Positions 1-48,397 of a DNA stretch of 64,000 bases are shown one piece after another. A program made the position numbers and the translations under genes. Source of the stretch: Tubulanus polymorphus (lineage: Eukaryota > Animalia > Nemertea); assembly GCF_964204645.1 (NCBI RefSeq), contig NC_134034.1:10180962-10244961 (forward strand), in the 5' to 3' direction. The number at the start of each line of letters is the position of its first letter. The stretch's first letter is position 1. The notes beneath the pieces are model-generated. The model had not been told where the DNA came from. It did not search any database and worked only from the letters and a program-made list of their open reading frames with translations.

Positions 1-262
1 CTTGGGCGGACAGGTTCTCGCTCAGCGGCCACCAGTCTATATATCTAGTCAATCAGATTGAGTGGTATTTATAGAGTAAATGTCGTGCCGGTATAAACGT
101 ACGTGATAGGCTAGATACATAGACTGGTGGGTGCTGAGCGGGAGCCCGTTCGCCCAAGAAATCTTGGGCGATGTAGTAATAGACCCATGAACGGTTTGCG
201 GCCAGGATTTGTGTTAGCTTGGGCTCCAGCGGGCGGCAATCAAACCCTATGGCAAGCGAGGA
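1..262 (+). repeat. Dispersed repeat, related copy at ~32584-32810
   Basis: Shared TGGGCGATGTA..AATAGACC...CAGCGGGCGGCAATCAAAC...GGCAAGCGAGGAT. Confidence 0.6.
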
Positions 263-1709
263 TGTGAAAAGATAATAACAAACCTTTCACGTACCGCCTC
301 CGTCTCTCAAGAATCACCGAAAAGACGACGCATCAAATCGCATCGATCCCGCCGTGGCCCGCCGCCGCCGCACGAAATAATAACGATTGTCACCTCTTAA
401 GCCGGCGCTACTTCCGGTTCGTATAATGAACGACGCAGACGACGGCGTTCGTTTTCGTTGATAGATGTAACCGTCAATAAGTGTCACGATTAACGTCAAC
501 CCCACCAGACCATGTCATCATCATCCCCGTGATACCAGACTGTATATGGTAATGCGCTCGATGACCTTATCGTTGGCCATGTTTTAGAGAGATTGGTTGG
601 CAGTGATTAGTATTCTATATAATGACAGTGACCGTTCTGGTCGTTGATTGCCGTGGTTCATCGCGCAGAGCGACCATTTAGATTTCCTCTCCTCCTACAC
701 AGCGGTGTAGAAACGGCAGGGACGGATTTGATGGTTAGCTCCCACACAGCAATTCACATGTAAAATGGGTTCATTCTGAACCCCTCCCCTCATAGCTGTG
801 GTGAAATCGAAGAAAATTATTTGTTGTTAACTCCCCAAACTCTTCGACGGGAAATCAGCAATCTAGACATAGAACGGGTTCATTGTGAAAACATGGTTGA
901 TTTTACTGAACCCCACCCCTCACAGCTTTGGTGAACGAGCAGGCTGACAGAACAAGGGTTCTTGTTGAACCCTTCAACTCGCACTCGGTTATTCAAACCG
1001 TCTTCTCCCAGTTTTATAGCGACATTTTTATTTGGCGCAAGTGGTTTTTTAAGTCTTCATACTAAACAGTTGCATAATAATTCTAATCGAATATTCGAGC
1101 GAGGAATGCACACCAGAAAACGCCACGAGGCCGGCGACTAGAAATCCCCGGGCGCAATCCCTGGGACTATGCTATCTGTTATAGAGTCATTGGCACTGTT
1201 CTATCGTGTCAGAGAACTATATCATCGAACTCCCAGAAGACCTAAACAGCGATGATAATTCGTAGTAAATGTATACCATCGATATTTACGAGCGCAATTA
1301 GACGGGCGTCGCGTCGCTTCGCGCGCTCTCTCAGCAGCGTTATACGAAAAATAAATGTGGGATTCGAACCACCCGTCGCGTAGGCGAGCGATGGCGACCT
1401 TCAAACTTGTCGACAGCGTAATGATTTATCGCGCGCATCGATCATGCCGATATGCCAGTTTCTAAATGAATTCTTATTATTTATATCGAAATTGCATCAT
1501 CGGTTAAGGCTCATGGCGTAGTTTTATAATCCACTGCAGATCAATTACGCACAGCGTGGTAACCCCGCGATGATAACCTTGATAGTCATTAGTAGTGCGA
1601 AGGTCAATAATGATAATGACGTTATCGTAAGTGAGCTGAACTTGAATCTGAATTTGATTGCAATCAATGCTCAAAGATCGCAAAAGCGGAATAATGACGG
1701 CGTCTTCTT

Positions 1710-2075
1710 CGCCCCCGACCGAATTGAGGGTTCCCGGGGAACGTGGATCTCATTTATGGTAGCTCTACGCGGCGAGGAACGCTCAACTATCACGATTTTC
1801 ACCCGACTGAATTGAGGGTTCCCGGGGAACGTGGATCTCAGTGATGGTCGCTCTGTGTGTGGTGTGGAGCGCTCCATCGATCTTCACCCGACCGAATTGA
1901 GGGTTCTCGGGGAACGTGGACCGCGGATCCAGGAGGGGTTTCATAAAAATGATGATGTTAAACTGGCGACTAAAATTTCTAATGATTAGGGGCCTATGTT
2001 ATGTTCTCGGGGGAACGTTGATCTCATCGATGGTCGCTCTGCGCGTGGTGAGGAGTGCTCTACTCACCCGAACGT
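1710..2075. repeat. ~85-90-bp degenerate tandem repeat
   Basis: CCCGAC.GAATTGAGGGTTC.CGGGGAACGTGGA recurs at 1714, 1802 and 1886, with a partial copy near 2005. Confidence 0.7.
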
Positions 2076-2599
2076 TATTACTTTCCCGGGTTACTCCCCA
2101 AAAAACACCTGATTTATATTTCCATTGGTTCAATTTCAAATAAAAAAATTTTTTTTACGTTTTTGCTGCTAAATATTTTTTGGACCTTTTTTGATAGGGG
2201 CACACTTGAATTTTCAAGGGGGTGGGCCGGTCCAACCGGTCCACCCCCTGGATCCGCCCTTGGGGTAAAATTCTAACATGTAGGAGACCGTATAATTCCA
2301 TCGTTATTTTCTGAAATCAATTACCTTTAAGCGAAACATGACATTATCTGTTTATCTGTTCAGTGGAAGAAGCAGGTCTGATGTTCTGTTTTGTCTTTCT
2401 GATGGTGTTTACGTGTCACTTTGTCCAAGTCAGGGTTAATGTGTCTTCCGGATGGAATTCGTCCGAGAATGACATCAACGTCCGTTCGTTTATTACTGTT
2501 TATGGTAAAATGATGGTCGTATAGTAAGGTTTTATTGGCCCCCGGTTGATCAACGTTGCTGAGTGGTATCTCTAACCTCCCGCATGCAAACAGCAGTCC

Positions 2600-3075
2600 T
2601 TTTTACAGAGAACCCATGTATATCTGTATCTTCTCTAACACCGCAGCTGTGATGATGGTTCCATCGAGAACCCATGATCTGCCGTTCGATTTGCTTCTCT
2701 CTCGCCACAGCTCTGATTGTGGGTCACCGAGAACCCATGTATCTGTTCCATACTTCCATACGTGCTGCACAGCAGCTGTGACAAGAACTCCAACCACAGG
2801 TGTGAGCGGTTCACCAAGAACCCATGTGTGTTCTTCGCCAAAAACCCACTAAAATCCCACGAGTTGAGATGGTTCACCGAGGACCATTGTGTCTGATCTG
2901 GTATATCACCAAGCTGTGAGGGGTTCACCAATTAACCCATTGTGTCTGTTCTCCGACCACAGCTGTGAGGAAATCGGTTCACCAAGAACCCGTGTGTCTG
3001 TTTTACTCGCTGCTCTCCCATCACAGCTGTGAGAAGACCGGTTCACTTAGAACCCATGTGTCTGTTCTACTCTTT
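2600..3075. repeat. CACAGCTGTGA...GGTTCACC..GAACCCATGTG repeat array, inverted relative to ~750-980
   Basis: About 7 degenerate units; probably subterminal repeats of an old DNA transposon spanning ~745-3090. Confidence 0.5.
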
Positions 3076-4144
3076 TCCATTTTTACTGCGCATATACGTA
3101 AGGAACTCGACTAAGAATATAGCTAGATGACATTTGAAACTTGCTCTATTGGCGCCAGACAAAATCCACCACGGCCAGACCACAACTCAATCGATCATTA
3201 TATATTATGAAATCGCAAAATCGGACATGAAAAACTTCTGGCGGCACCGCAGTGACTGGCGTGTCATCATTTATTCGATTACCTTCTGCCTAGCGTTAAA
3301 AAGAATCTAATCGAAGGCCGCAACTGTAGAACTGGGTTCAGAGTCGAATTTAACCCACACAACTGTGGAACTGGGTTCAGAGTCGAATTAAACTCACAAA
3401 ACTGTGGAACTGGATCCAGAAACTAATTAAACCTACAAAAAAAATGTGGAACTGGACCCGAAGTCAAATAAAACCCAGTGGAAATGGGCCCAAAGTCATA
3501 TCAAACCCACTCACATGTGAAATGTCCACCTCCAGAGTCAAATTAAGGCCATGCATCCGTGGAACTGTCGAAATCAGAAACAAAACTTGACCCACAAAAC
3601 AGCACAGTAAAATTAAATGTTGATATGACCCCAGTTCGCGTTAGATCTAAGCCTGGAGATGGTAATAGTTTGTTATTACTCAATTTATCTCTGTATTCTG
3701 GATTGTCTCATTATATTGTCATTAAACTTCCCGAAGATGACTATTACAGATGATGCGGTCGAAACGTCGTATAGATAGATGTTGCCCGAGGAAACATTTC
3801 GGACGACTCTCTTTTTTCTCTTCGTGCGCGCCTTTTTTTCCTATCAAGATATCTGCTCATTGTCAACCTTGATGTCGGTGGTAGCCGTTTTGTAGGAGAT
3901 AAAGGTCCGTATACGTGAATAAATTCCGCCTATCCCAACGAGATCGCTAATTACATATAATTTCCTATACGACTGTAGGCTTCCGTGACCGTAGACCGTA
4001 CGTAGCTAACTTGATTGAGCTAAATTGATGTACATCTTACGACATATCGCTAAGGCGAAAAAAGAAGTCGTCGAAAAACTGGGTCATTATGGGTCGAGGC
4101 TATATTCGGGCTTTATTTCGGTACAAGGACGCTCGCCACTCCTT

Positions 4145-4401
4145 AAGCCCGCCGCACACGGCAAAACATTTGTTTCGCCGAAACAGAAAACGCGTTTTCC
4201 AGAAAACGTTTTTGCTCGTGAAAAACGTTTTTCAGTTCGGCGTTTTTTTTTGTTTTGCCTCCCCCGCACACGGCATAACAAAAACGTTTTCGGTGCAGTG
4301 TGCGTTGGGCTTGAAACGTTCAACGGGCACGGGACGGAAAACGCGCACAGATTTTTGTGTTTGTGTTTTTATGTTTTGCCTCCCCCGCACACGGCGGGCT
4401 T
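4145..4401. mobile_element. Degenerate MITE
   Basis: AAGCCCGCC...GGCGGGCTT ends with internal CCGCACACGG and AAAACGTTTT repeats. Confidence 0.5.
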
Positions 4402-5334
4402 TGCGTGACTTATTCGAACGCGTATCACGCGTGTGAGAGTGATGGGCCTCAGATCGAATGATACGCAAGATATGATCAGGAGTTGAATAAGAATACTGTG
4501 CGAGTGGATGTTTAAAAACCTGGGGCCAGTTTTGTAGACTGGTATAACCTTTTACCTAGGGGCTAACTTAATTGATAATGAATTGAGTTAGCCCCGGGGT
4601 TGAAGGTAATACCAGTTTAAAAAACCGGGCTATGAGTTACTAAATCGACACCATGATCAAAGAAACCTTTTCTGACTTATTTTTTCTTTTCTGAATTGCG
4701 GGATTGTACCTTCTCAGGGGGATTCATCAAGATTAATTAACATAAAATCAGGCGCAAAACGGTAGTCACTTTTCGAGCGACCAACCTCCGGGGTATATTT
4801 TTTCTATCGAACGAACGACTTTGTATCTCGCTCGAGGACTTCGTGGGGGGGGGGGCGCTTTCGGTTGTCCGGAACCTGACGGTCGCTCTGTCGTCCTGCC
4901 GGTAATCAATATCTGTACACGCGAAGCATGTCGACATGTCAACGGAGAAAAAGTCACTGATTTACGATGAAAAATGGTGCTGTCGAACACGAAATAACAA
5001 GACTCCGCGCAACGAGATCAAGGCCGAATGACGATACATCGAATATCCGATCACCGTGGCTACGGTTTTATGGGTATCCACTTCAACTCGTGGGTAAGTC
5101 AATCGACTTCGGATTCAGATAACCCCCGGGTTAAACGTAATGCCAGTCTATAAAACTGGCACACATACATGCCGATTCGTTTGTCGCACCGGCGTAGGAG
5201 CACTCAGCTCGACTACGACTCGGTCATCATCGCGAAGTCTAAAGGTCATGTGGCGATCTGTAATACGACAATGCGTCTCCGTCACGTCCGTTTTACCAAT
5301 TACCCAATAAGTCTCTTTGTTCCGATGGATTGTG

Positions 5335-5525
<191 letters not shown>

Positions 5526-6280
5526 GACCCTTATTGTGCTCGAATAACGAAAGAACAAATTCTCCGCGCGCGTCGGTCATTTATATTCTCAAACGACCGA
5601 GGCTGTCAAGCAAGTCCCCGGGGTCTAGTTTGTTTGCGGCGACGACCTCGTCGGTAACGATTCAATCGGACTCACCGACGCTCCGAGAATAAACGCGTGA
5701 CGTGGAGACGGTTCCGGTGATCAATTCAAACGGCGTAACCCTGCCAGACGTAAACAATGTCGTCGGTTTATTGGCGGAAATGATCTTGGAAAAAAACAGC
5801 ATAGCGGACCCACAGACGAGAGCACGAGGAGCACGTGCTCCAGTCGCAAATTTACCGTGCCCTTTTGATAATACAATGGCAATCAAATAAAAACCCGCAG
5901 TAGATTTGTAGAAACAAATACAAGTTTTGTTTGTATTTCTTGTTCCTCTTGAGTTAGAGTTAACTGTGAGTTAAAGTTAGTTCATTTTCAATGAGTTAAC
6001 TCAGAGTCAAATCTTAACTCAGAAACTGTGGAACTGGACCCACGGTTTGAAGATGAGGTTTAGTTTTAAGCTCGAAACTGTAAAGGCTAGTTTTCACAAG
6101 CGGTTTCCTGCGGCGGCGGGAAAAAGCTAGCTGGAAACCGCTCGTGAAAACCAGCCTTAAGGAAATGAACTGTTTCTATCAATTCACTAACGTCACAATG
6201 GCAATATTTTTGAGGGCGGAGAAAGTCAGGTTTCGATTGAAAGTATGTATTCCAGTTTAGGAATGGCACTCTTCCAGGTG

Positions 6281-6452
6281 ACAAACTCTCTACCGGCCGC
6301 TTCTATCAGGTTTACAGATTACAAACTCTCAACCGGCCGCTTCTATCAGGTTTACAGATTACAAACTCTCTACCGGCCGCTTCTATCGGGTTTACAGATT
6401 ACAAACTCTCTACCAGTCGCTTCTATCGGGTTTACAGATTACAAACTCTCTA
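6281..6452. repeat. 40-bp minisatellite, 4.3 copies
   Basis: ACAAACTCTCTACCGGCCGCTTCTATCAGGTTTACAGATT units. Confidence 0.9.
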
Positions 6453-7090
6453 GTTTATACGTCCATGGCGAGACGTTTGAATATCGAGTTATCTATAGAG
6501 ACTTCGCCTGGCGTAAATGAAGTCAAGTTTAACTTCTCCAATTCTCGATATTTCATTATTGAGTGTCTGTGCGGATTTATAACGGCGAAAGATCCTGTTT
6601 TTCCAATCTTCGGTTAATGAAATAGCCAGGATCCGAAGATCCACCGTGTGCCACTGCGTCTCAGGCGATTGCATCTGATGAACGCAATTCCGACAACGTC
6701 GGTCATTCATTTCTATTCATTTCTATGCACGACGTATAAAATAGGTTTTTATTTCACAATCTCTGCTGCAATTTCGTTAGTCCCGTCCTCACATAATAAG
6801 ATCCTACCAACTGATCTAACCCAAAATCTATGCTTTTTTCACGCTAGATTAAGGTAAGTAAGCCGCGATTTTATTTTGTCACAAGAGACCAGCCTTATCT
6901 CATTGAGCTACTGGGCCCGCTCCAGTAAGTCGACCCGCGCGTGTGCGCCATCTTTCTTGAAATCTACGAAGTAGCAGCGGCAAAACGGTTGTCACTGATT
7001 GGCTAGGCCAGAAAATACGGTGCTATGACGCGCGTTTGGTCAATCCACAAGAAACAGATTCAGAGGTGTATGTAGGGCCGCACAGATAGC

Positions 7091-39760
<32,670 letters not shown>

Positions 39761-40593
39761 AAGGTTATTCCTTTTTCTCGAGGTCTTTTCTTGTTTGTTA
39801 ATTTATTCATTCATCCATCTGTGGTTGAAATCCTCAATGGCGTTTCTCATCGCTGATGCTAGGTTCTGCTAGATCGTAGTTTATAGAAAGGCAGACTTCT
39901 GTCTCAGAAATTGGGTGAACTCAACTCGTGTTGGTTTGTGTTTGAATATCAGACCGGATAAGACCAAAATCCGGATTAAGACGATCCGGATTAAGCGAGC
40001 CGTGACTCACCATCTTGTATATCTTGACGATACGTATCAACATTCGAAGACGAGAAATCCATACTCTGACTCTTGAGGCGGGTTATGTGTTTTTTATTTT
40101 TAAAGCTATTTTCTGGGTTATTTACCGTCGCGGGTGGGATTTCAAAGTTTTAACGAGAAACATGGCATCATAGTCTGTACTTTGTGTCCTTATATCACTT
40201 AACCATTGTCCGCACAACAGTCCGTCCACTCACCTATCATTCGTCTTGAGTCCATGATCCAACTACGATAGTTGTGATATATGTCTGTGTTATTTTTGCC
40301 TTTCGGTGTGGAATTAACTTTATTAGTAAGGCCCTAAAATTGGTACACCTTTCCAGGCAAATTTTTCCCGCATTCGTCTGAAATCTCTTGTAAACTATCT
40401 AGTATCAATTTAAGGTCCTTACTAATAAAGTTAATTCCATGGTACCAGCTAGGTTATTGAATCGTCATTTTCTTAAGCGCCATTAACTTGTGTGAACTCT
40501 TGATCTTTGATTATATATCCATGACAATACTGTGTGACAATATTTCTTATTAGATAGATGACTTTCCGAAATAAACGAATAGAAATCTTTTTC

Positions 40594-41014
40594 CGGACAC
40601 ACTGGGCGATTTGGTCGCCCGATTTCGTCGCCCGACGAAATCGCCGGTAAAATCGCCCAGTGTGTCCGGGCAATCGCCTTCGGCGATTTAGTCGGCCGAC
40701 GAAATCGCCCGAATCCAACATGTTGGATTCTGTCGCCGGCGATTTCGTCGCCGGCGACAGAATCGCCCAGTGTGTCCGGGTACGGCGATCAGTCGCCTCG
40801 AGCGCCGTATTAACCAGCCAATCACGGCTCTTTGATTTATTAAAGGTGGCGCTAGCAGCTGGTCGTTTCAAAATAAGCGGCGCTGTTCGCCGATTTCGTC
40901 GCCGACGAAATCGCCCAGTGTGTCCGGGTCTGTCGGCGATCAAATCGGTCATAAAATCGGCGGCGATTTCGTCGATTGGTCGGCCGACGAAATCGCCCAG
41001 TGTGTCCGCGGCTT
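40594..41014. mobile_element. GC-rich fold-back MITE (Harbinger-like ends)
   Basis: CGGACACACTGGGCGATTT / AAATCGCCCAGTGTGTCCG ends plus several internal copies. Confidence 0.7.
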
Positions 41015-41548
41015 AAAGTTCCACGCGTACCGATATCGACCATACGTTATAGGATCAGAAAATACTAGTATCATTACTATTATTATTATTATCTTATCAT
41101 TATCATAATTGTTATTATCATCAATATAATCATTATTCATACTATCATTATATTTTTGTAATAATCTGTAATTTATGCGTTATTTTTGTGCTCTGTGCAA
41201 TGTTATTATAACTTGTGGAGTAAATAAACTAAACTGAAACTGAAACATTACGCGAGCGTCGGGTTCACACGTAGTCCCGAGAGTTTTGACGTTTCGCGAT
41301 ATGACCTGGCAAAAAAACAAGTTATTTCATAGTTTATTTCTGGATGCAAATCTTTACTGAACAAACTCATCACGCATGTATTAGATGTAAAAGATTGTTA
41401 CCGAATATTCCAGACCATGAAAATAAAGAAAAAAAGCTTTTAATAAATAAAATATCGCAACAATCTTTATTTCATTTTAGTCTTTAGTTTTTAGGTATAT
41501 GTATAATGTTTAGAGCCCTACAATGGAAAGATAATGAATTTACGCAGA

Positions 41549-42460
41549 CATACTGTCAGGAGCCGTCAGACACCGTCAGACACCGTCATGAAGAGTGAAT
41601 CTTGAAGGCAGAAAAGGAATGCAAATTTGAAACGACACTTGAAAATACTAAAATGTTGTTTATTCACAATTTGAGAAATCAACTCAAGCTTATACATTAA
41701 GAGTACGCCGAAATTAAAATAAAGGCAAAATTGAAAATAACAATATACAAATACACTACACAGGGTAAATGACTGACAAAATTGATATTTACATGAATAG
41801 GAAACGCAATCCCTGGTAAACAATTTATTCCGGCCCATTTATTCAACTTTTAAAAGGCAAAATAATCTAATGAAAAAAAGGAAACTTTGAAAAATTTATA
41901 CAAGGTAAATGACTGACAAAATTGATATTTACATGAATAGGAAACGCAATTTATTCAACTTTTTTCGAACTGTAATGTACATTGAAATCAAGGCAAAGTA
42001 ATCGATCTTATTTTAGAATAATCAAAATAAACAAATGAAAAATTAACTTAAATTAAGGGGTTAGGGAACATGGAACAGACCCAGTTTGCAATTTATTAAT
42101 CACTTTGTTGTCATTTCGAAGTAATAACAATTTGGCAAAAATAAAGTGATTGTTAGATTTCGGAAAAAAGTTTAACTCAAACTAAGAAATTGAAAACTAC
42201 GATATATTACGAAAAGATTTATTTCACAAAATTTGCTCAATTTGCACAGCGTATTGTTGGGTTTACCAAGGAAAACTCGTGTTATATAAAAAAAGGTATT
42301 TCCAAATTCGATTTGCACAGTAGGACTCATTTAGTGTTGATATTCAATTTTAGAATTCACAATCATTGTTTTTTATTTCCTGACGGTGTTTAGTATAACC
42401 CGTGAGTTCATGACGGTGTCTGACGGTCTTCCTGACGGTGTCTGACGGTGTTTAGTATGA
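41549..42460. mobile_element. Non-autonomous TIR element with (CCGTCAGACA)n subterminal repeats
   Basis: Repeats at 41550-41592 are inverted at 42380-42460; internal duplication 41763 / 41903. Confidence 0.55.
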
Positions 42461-43145
42461 CGAACCTAACTGCAGTAATCTTTCTAAAATGGGCGTATAT
42501 GAAGAGATGACGCAGAGCCGGCGGTGTAATGTAAGCAGACCCCAAATGACGTAGGACACATCCACTGACTTAAGATTCATTATTCAACTAAAAGACATGA
42601 ACTTTTTTCATCAAATACGTAGAAATTATGAATCGTAAGGACTATCTAATTACAAAATAAACGCTAAATTTCAAATTATTGATGACGTACTACACATCAT
42701 GTGTGTGTGATTTCCCTAATCAATGAATAAACGAAAGACTCCCATAAACCGTTTTATGCATTTTGCTGTTTCAGCCTTTGCCACGGGACGGCAGACCGGG
42801 AATACGTCCACAGGTTAGACAACCTTGCTTTCGCGTAACTGGTAAAACGGGGAAATGGACTCACAGCGGATAAACACCTGAACGCAGGCAAAAACACTAG
42901 GGCGAATATCTTGCTGATACCGGGTTCAAGAGCAGCTGACGGCATTTCCATACATAGACTAAGTATTGCTGCAGTTATGAAACTAAACACCGTAGTAGCG
43001 ACGAGTAGGGACATCTGAAATGAAAAAAAAATAAATTATTACATGTACAATCATGGTTTTCGCGGAAGACGTGTATGACACATGATGCCTGGAATACTAA
43101 TGAGCTTTTCGTAAAAGAACATGGAATGCAAGAGATATCAGACCG

Positions 43146-43254
43146 GACCCAGTTCCACAGTTGTGAATTAGAGTTAACTCTGATTTAAAATCAGTTCATT
43201 TTCAATGTTTAAACTCAGAGTCAAATGCTAACTCACGACTGTGGAACTGGGTCC
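43146..43254. mobile_element. ~110-bp MITE family with GG.CCAGTTCCACAG TIRs
   Basis: Further copies at ~46628-46736 and ~5950-6042 (partial); a tandem derivative at ~3320-3500. Confidence 0.65.
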
Positions 43255-46200
43255 TGGAACTTAAAATGCTACAGTGGTTAGACAAAACTGTGCGTGAACT
43301 GATATAAATCTCAGTGTAGAGTAAACGGATAAAAACAATTTTACTTAGATATAATTTTGTTCCTCTGAAGATGAGGTTTAGTTTTAACTTCGAAACTGTG
43401 AGAAAATAAACCGTTTCGGCAGATCTACTGTGGGTTTTTATTCGTTAAGTGGTTAGACAAATTGTCGCCACTTAGAAATAAGTCTGCGTTTTCTTCAATA
43501 TTCGAGTACAGCCCTTCTTCCACCAAATAAACATTAAAATCATTGTCTGCTCAGTGATTGGTATAATCAATTCATTACTTCATAAATGACGTGTTTAAGA
43601 AGAAAGTTCAATGTAGAAGAAATTGAACGCAAAAGACCGAGTAACTACTAGCGACACCTGTCGGAACCCCGGTAGCGTTGGTAGCTTTTCATTAATGTAA
43701 CATATCAGTTAAGATATAACTTACGAAACTGGTGTAGTTCAGATACACGGGAGTCCGTAGCGTTAGACCTCCGTACAGGATAACAATAGGATGAACCAAG
43801 TAGGCGCAGTACGACAATCGACCTAGCGGTAAAAAGCCCCTCCACGATAGGAAACTATTCACAACTCCTAAGATCGTGAAAAAGAAAAGAGTTTTTGAAT
43901 TTAAACTTGGAAATATTTGAAACAATTACAAATGAATTTCAACAAAATCATCATTTTATAAGTAGATAATTACCGCCGTAACCGTTTTGACAAGCGAATA
44001 TGACCCATCCCAATCCGATAGCAAACACCGTATTGTGACACGAGTAGTAGAGATTAGTCATCGTCTGACTCATTCGATGGCCGTTGTATGATCCATGCAA
44101 TCCGAATACGGGCCAGTAAATACAAGCGATGCCGATTATCCAGCCAATAATTATGAATACCTGGAGAAAGAAAATGTTTTGGTAAGTGCCAGCGGGAATA
44201 ACGAGTGTGATGTTTGTGGTCGCCGGCGCGCGTTCATTTCCTTTGGCCTTGTAGGATACATCCGCATTCACCCGGAAAAAGGGGGCTAAGTGAAAAAATG
44301 AATCCAGTTGCATTGTCATGGCTTAAAACAAAACCTTGAAGCTTACCCGATTGAACGCGATATGTTTTCCATTGGTTCTAGCCATGATGAAGCCGACGAT
44401 GAGTCCGCAGAAATGTGGACCTAGGTGATACCACGGTTTTAAATAATAGTCATGGCCGAAGCTGGAGACAATCAACACATATGATTAGCATATAGAATTT
44501 AGAATATAGTCTTTAAGGATCATTGTAGGAAATATTTTGCACCTACTTTTTGACCTTCTGTCCAACTTGCCAGTGCTGAACGGTCGAGATATAAGCGAAA
44601 TAGCTAATATGAGCAAATATCGGAACGGAAGCTACCAGCACGCCAAAAGCTTCTTTCCTGTCGTGTAAAAAATGAAACTCGTGGTCCAAGGACACGATGC
44701 CCACTTGGAAAGTGGTTTCAAACGCTCGAAAATCTAAAAAATTTCAATATTCAACGCCTCCTGGTGACCATATCAAAGAACCAATGACCTTGAAACTCAC
44801 TACAATTATAGAACATGTCAGCAGCTACAATTTTGCAATTGATTGTGGTAACAAAATATGCCTCGGTACCAATATAATATAGAAACACTAAGTTATTGTA
44901 TTATTCAACGCCTCCTGGTGGCCATATACAAAGACTGATGACCCTGAAACTCACCCCAATCATAAAAACATCATGAGCTACAACTTACCAATTGATTGTG
45001 GTAACAAAATATGCTTAGGTATCAATATAATGTGGAAAGACTGTTTTCTACCTACGAATGAGTATTGATGACACTAAGATGGCCACCAATTGCGTGATAA
45101 CTGGCTGATCAAAAATACCAGTCTCATTTATTACAGATCCCTTTCCAAAGAATACCCATCACAAATTGCAATAAGAAATGGCAAACCAGTAGGAAGCTAC
45201 AGGACTCAAAATTCACATTTTTGGGCACTAAAAAGGTCATAGGACGGCCATCTTGAGTCCGATCGACCCAGTTTTTCTTATGCTGATGGGCCCTTGTGGG
45301 ATTCAAATATGTCCGAAGATCAAGGTAATTGATCAAAGCGTCTTCAGAATTGTCCTAAAAAATTTCAAAAATGTGTCAAAAGTGCTGATTTTGGCGAACA
45401 ACAACGGCTGCCATTCGGCAATCTTGATTCTGACTGGGCCAGTTTTTTGGCTGAAGATGTGTCCAGGGTAGATACATGTGTAACCCAAATATCAAGATAT
45501 TACATTGCAGCGCCGTTGAAACTTCCTTTAAAAAACTGGTGACCGTCTTCGGACGAAAAGTGAACGCAATAGCCCGCTGGGACTTAAGTCCCAAGTAAGC
45601 TAATTACGACAAAAGCGATCGATGATTCGTACGCAATCGATTATGATCATCTTCAAAATCGTTAAAAAACGATTTCATATATAGAAATACGATCAATTTC
45701 TGAATTGTATTTGGAATTAAGATTCTATCAAAAATTTCACTCGCATTTGCATTACTTACCAACAAAAGGCGACGAGAACTATAGGAGATACCCAATAAAA
45801 TTGCATGTTTGCTGCCAAGAACCACGTCCACCCGCAACACTGGAATCACAGAACACAAGCTAACGCCAAATACATATTCATATTCAAAATCGTATTCTGT
45901 TTCTTGGTTTGTTATTTGTCTAGCTGGCATTTGTCTGAATGAGGCATTAATATTTTTATCTAGTCGCGATTTTTTTTTCTTCAAACGATAACTGAATTGA
46001 ACCATAGAACTACAATGAGTGTTCGGGAACACCAAGTCCAATTCATCACGATCCTTTCGGTGTTAATTTTACTACCCTAAACATATGTGTTTGCCCGATC
46101 AAGATTACATGATTACAAGCGGATTTTGGATGTTTCCGTTCGATTTGAGAGCTCTACGATCTACCATATACCACTAAAGTATCATTAGCCAGGAAGTTGT

Positions 46201-48099
46201 CCATGTACGTCAGATGTGTGATCCACGTATCTCTGCAATTAGGGTTGAAACCCCAATAATCTGGATATATCGGACCATCTCCGAAATAGCGACTTAGGTT
46301 CGTCGTTACCGCGAGTAATAGCATATACGCAGGAGTCAACCTAGGAAAATATCAACGAATAGATGACAATTTCATAATGATGGTAATTTCTTTCGTAAGT
46401 GCATACCGGTTTCCACCCATTGGGGGCATAATGAAAAATATTGTTATATACCCGGCCTCATAGATTTATGCGTTGTCTGCTCGTAACTTCGCATACAAGG
46501 ATTTAATAGCCCCGGCAAGATTAAGCGATCATTTTTCCCATTTAAAAAGCCCTAGCAACAGGATGTGCAAGAATGGATTATAATGGGGCTTTTGAAGAGA
46601 GATTTGCCCACTCCTCTAAAAATCCTCGGCCCGGTTCCACAGTTCTGAGTTAAATTTGACCCTCGAGTTAAAGCATTTAAAATGAACTGATTTTAACTCA
46701 GAGTTAACTCTAACTCACAGCTGTGGAACCGGGCCCTGGGAACGCCCATGGTCATGGCCAGATGGAGCCGCTGAGGCAAAGGATCAATTCAATCAACTAA
46801 TCCATTCGAAAACGAATTAGAATGCATTATTCATTTTGGGTTTCCAATTCATAAATGATCAATCAAGACTTATTTTTCGTCGGTTGATAATTTAGAATAT
46901 TTCTAAGTTGGCAACATGTTAAATCAGTTGTTACTGTTACCTCCAAAAGCGATGAACGTAATACTTGAGCCAGTCGTATTTCCCGGGATCTCCGTTTACT
47001 TTATCGATTTTCAACATGAAGGAATACGATATGAGCACTGCGCTGTAATCATTAATAGAACTAAGTTGAATGTTTATTGGAAGCCTTAAGAATAGCATAC
47101 ATATATAGCGCTCAAAAGTATCGATAATGAATAAAATATAAATACAGATAACATAATACATATCAGGGGCCAATAAACATATCGAATTGACGATTGAATT
47201 GAATTGACCGGCAACCAGTCTAAATCCATTGTTGATGGCGTTGTGCACATCGATTCATGCCATATCTTTATTGCCCTAGCCGGTTGAAACTGTTGAGGGT
47301 AGGCTGGCACTCCGTGAAATTGAAACTTACTTCTTCGACCCAAAGGGGTCATAGATGGGTAGAACGTAGCCTGTACGTTTTCTATCCGCAAATCGGGGTC
47401 ATATATAGAACGCTGGAACCTTAAGGTTACATTTTTCATATGATGGATTTTTCAGGGGCCAATAAACATATCGAATTGACGATTGAATTGAATTGACCGG
47501 CAACCAGTCTTTTTGTAACGATTTTTACAACTTGATTAAGGTATCGTGTAGCTAGGAATGTCTCTAATCGACATTGGGAGCATTCGGAAAATGGGTAATG
47601 AATGAAATTCAACCAACCTGAGAAAGAAAAATAAATCAACAGAAACCGTAAATGTAGTGGCTGGCTGAAAAAACCACGTCCAAGTCTGTCCATGATACCA
47701 CCTTGCGTTTACTGCAAAATAGGCAACGTTATGTTTGTTTCAATAGGCACAGATCCTAGAAAGGTGTGGATCCAGGACTCTTGCCTCGAGGGGGAGGGGT
47801 TCAAACGAAAATGTCCCAAAGCTATAATAGATACCAGAGAAAATATATCCTCAACATTTTGTAATTCTAAGAGTGTCTGTGCATATCAGTTAAATGCGTT
47901 ATCGTATTGAACTCACCTGCTAGTAACGCGTCGTAGGCACCCCCGAGAGTATGACCGTATATGATCCAAAGGATGCCGATAATTCGTAGACCGTTTACAC
48001 AATGCAAACTCGACGCAGAAGCTTCCAGCGAAAACAATTTGCTAATGTTGGCATAGAGGGAAAATGCTCCGAAAAACTGAAATACTAATACGAGAATTA

Positions 48100-48397
<298 letters not shown>

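Noticed and set aside
40473-41140. Overlapping 60-160-aa ORFs (also 4025-4468)
   Set aside because: By-products of GC-rich palindromic MITEs; no recognisable domains.
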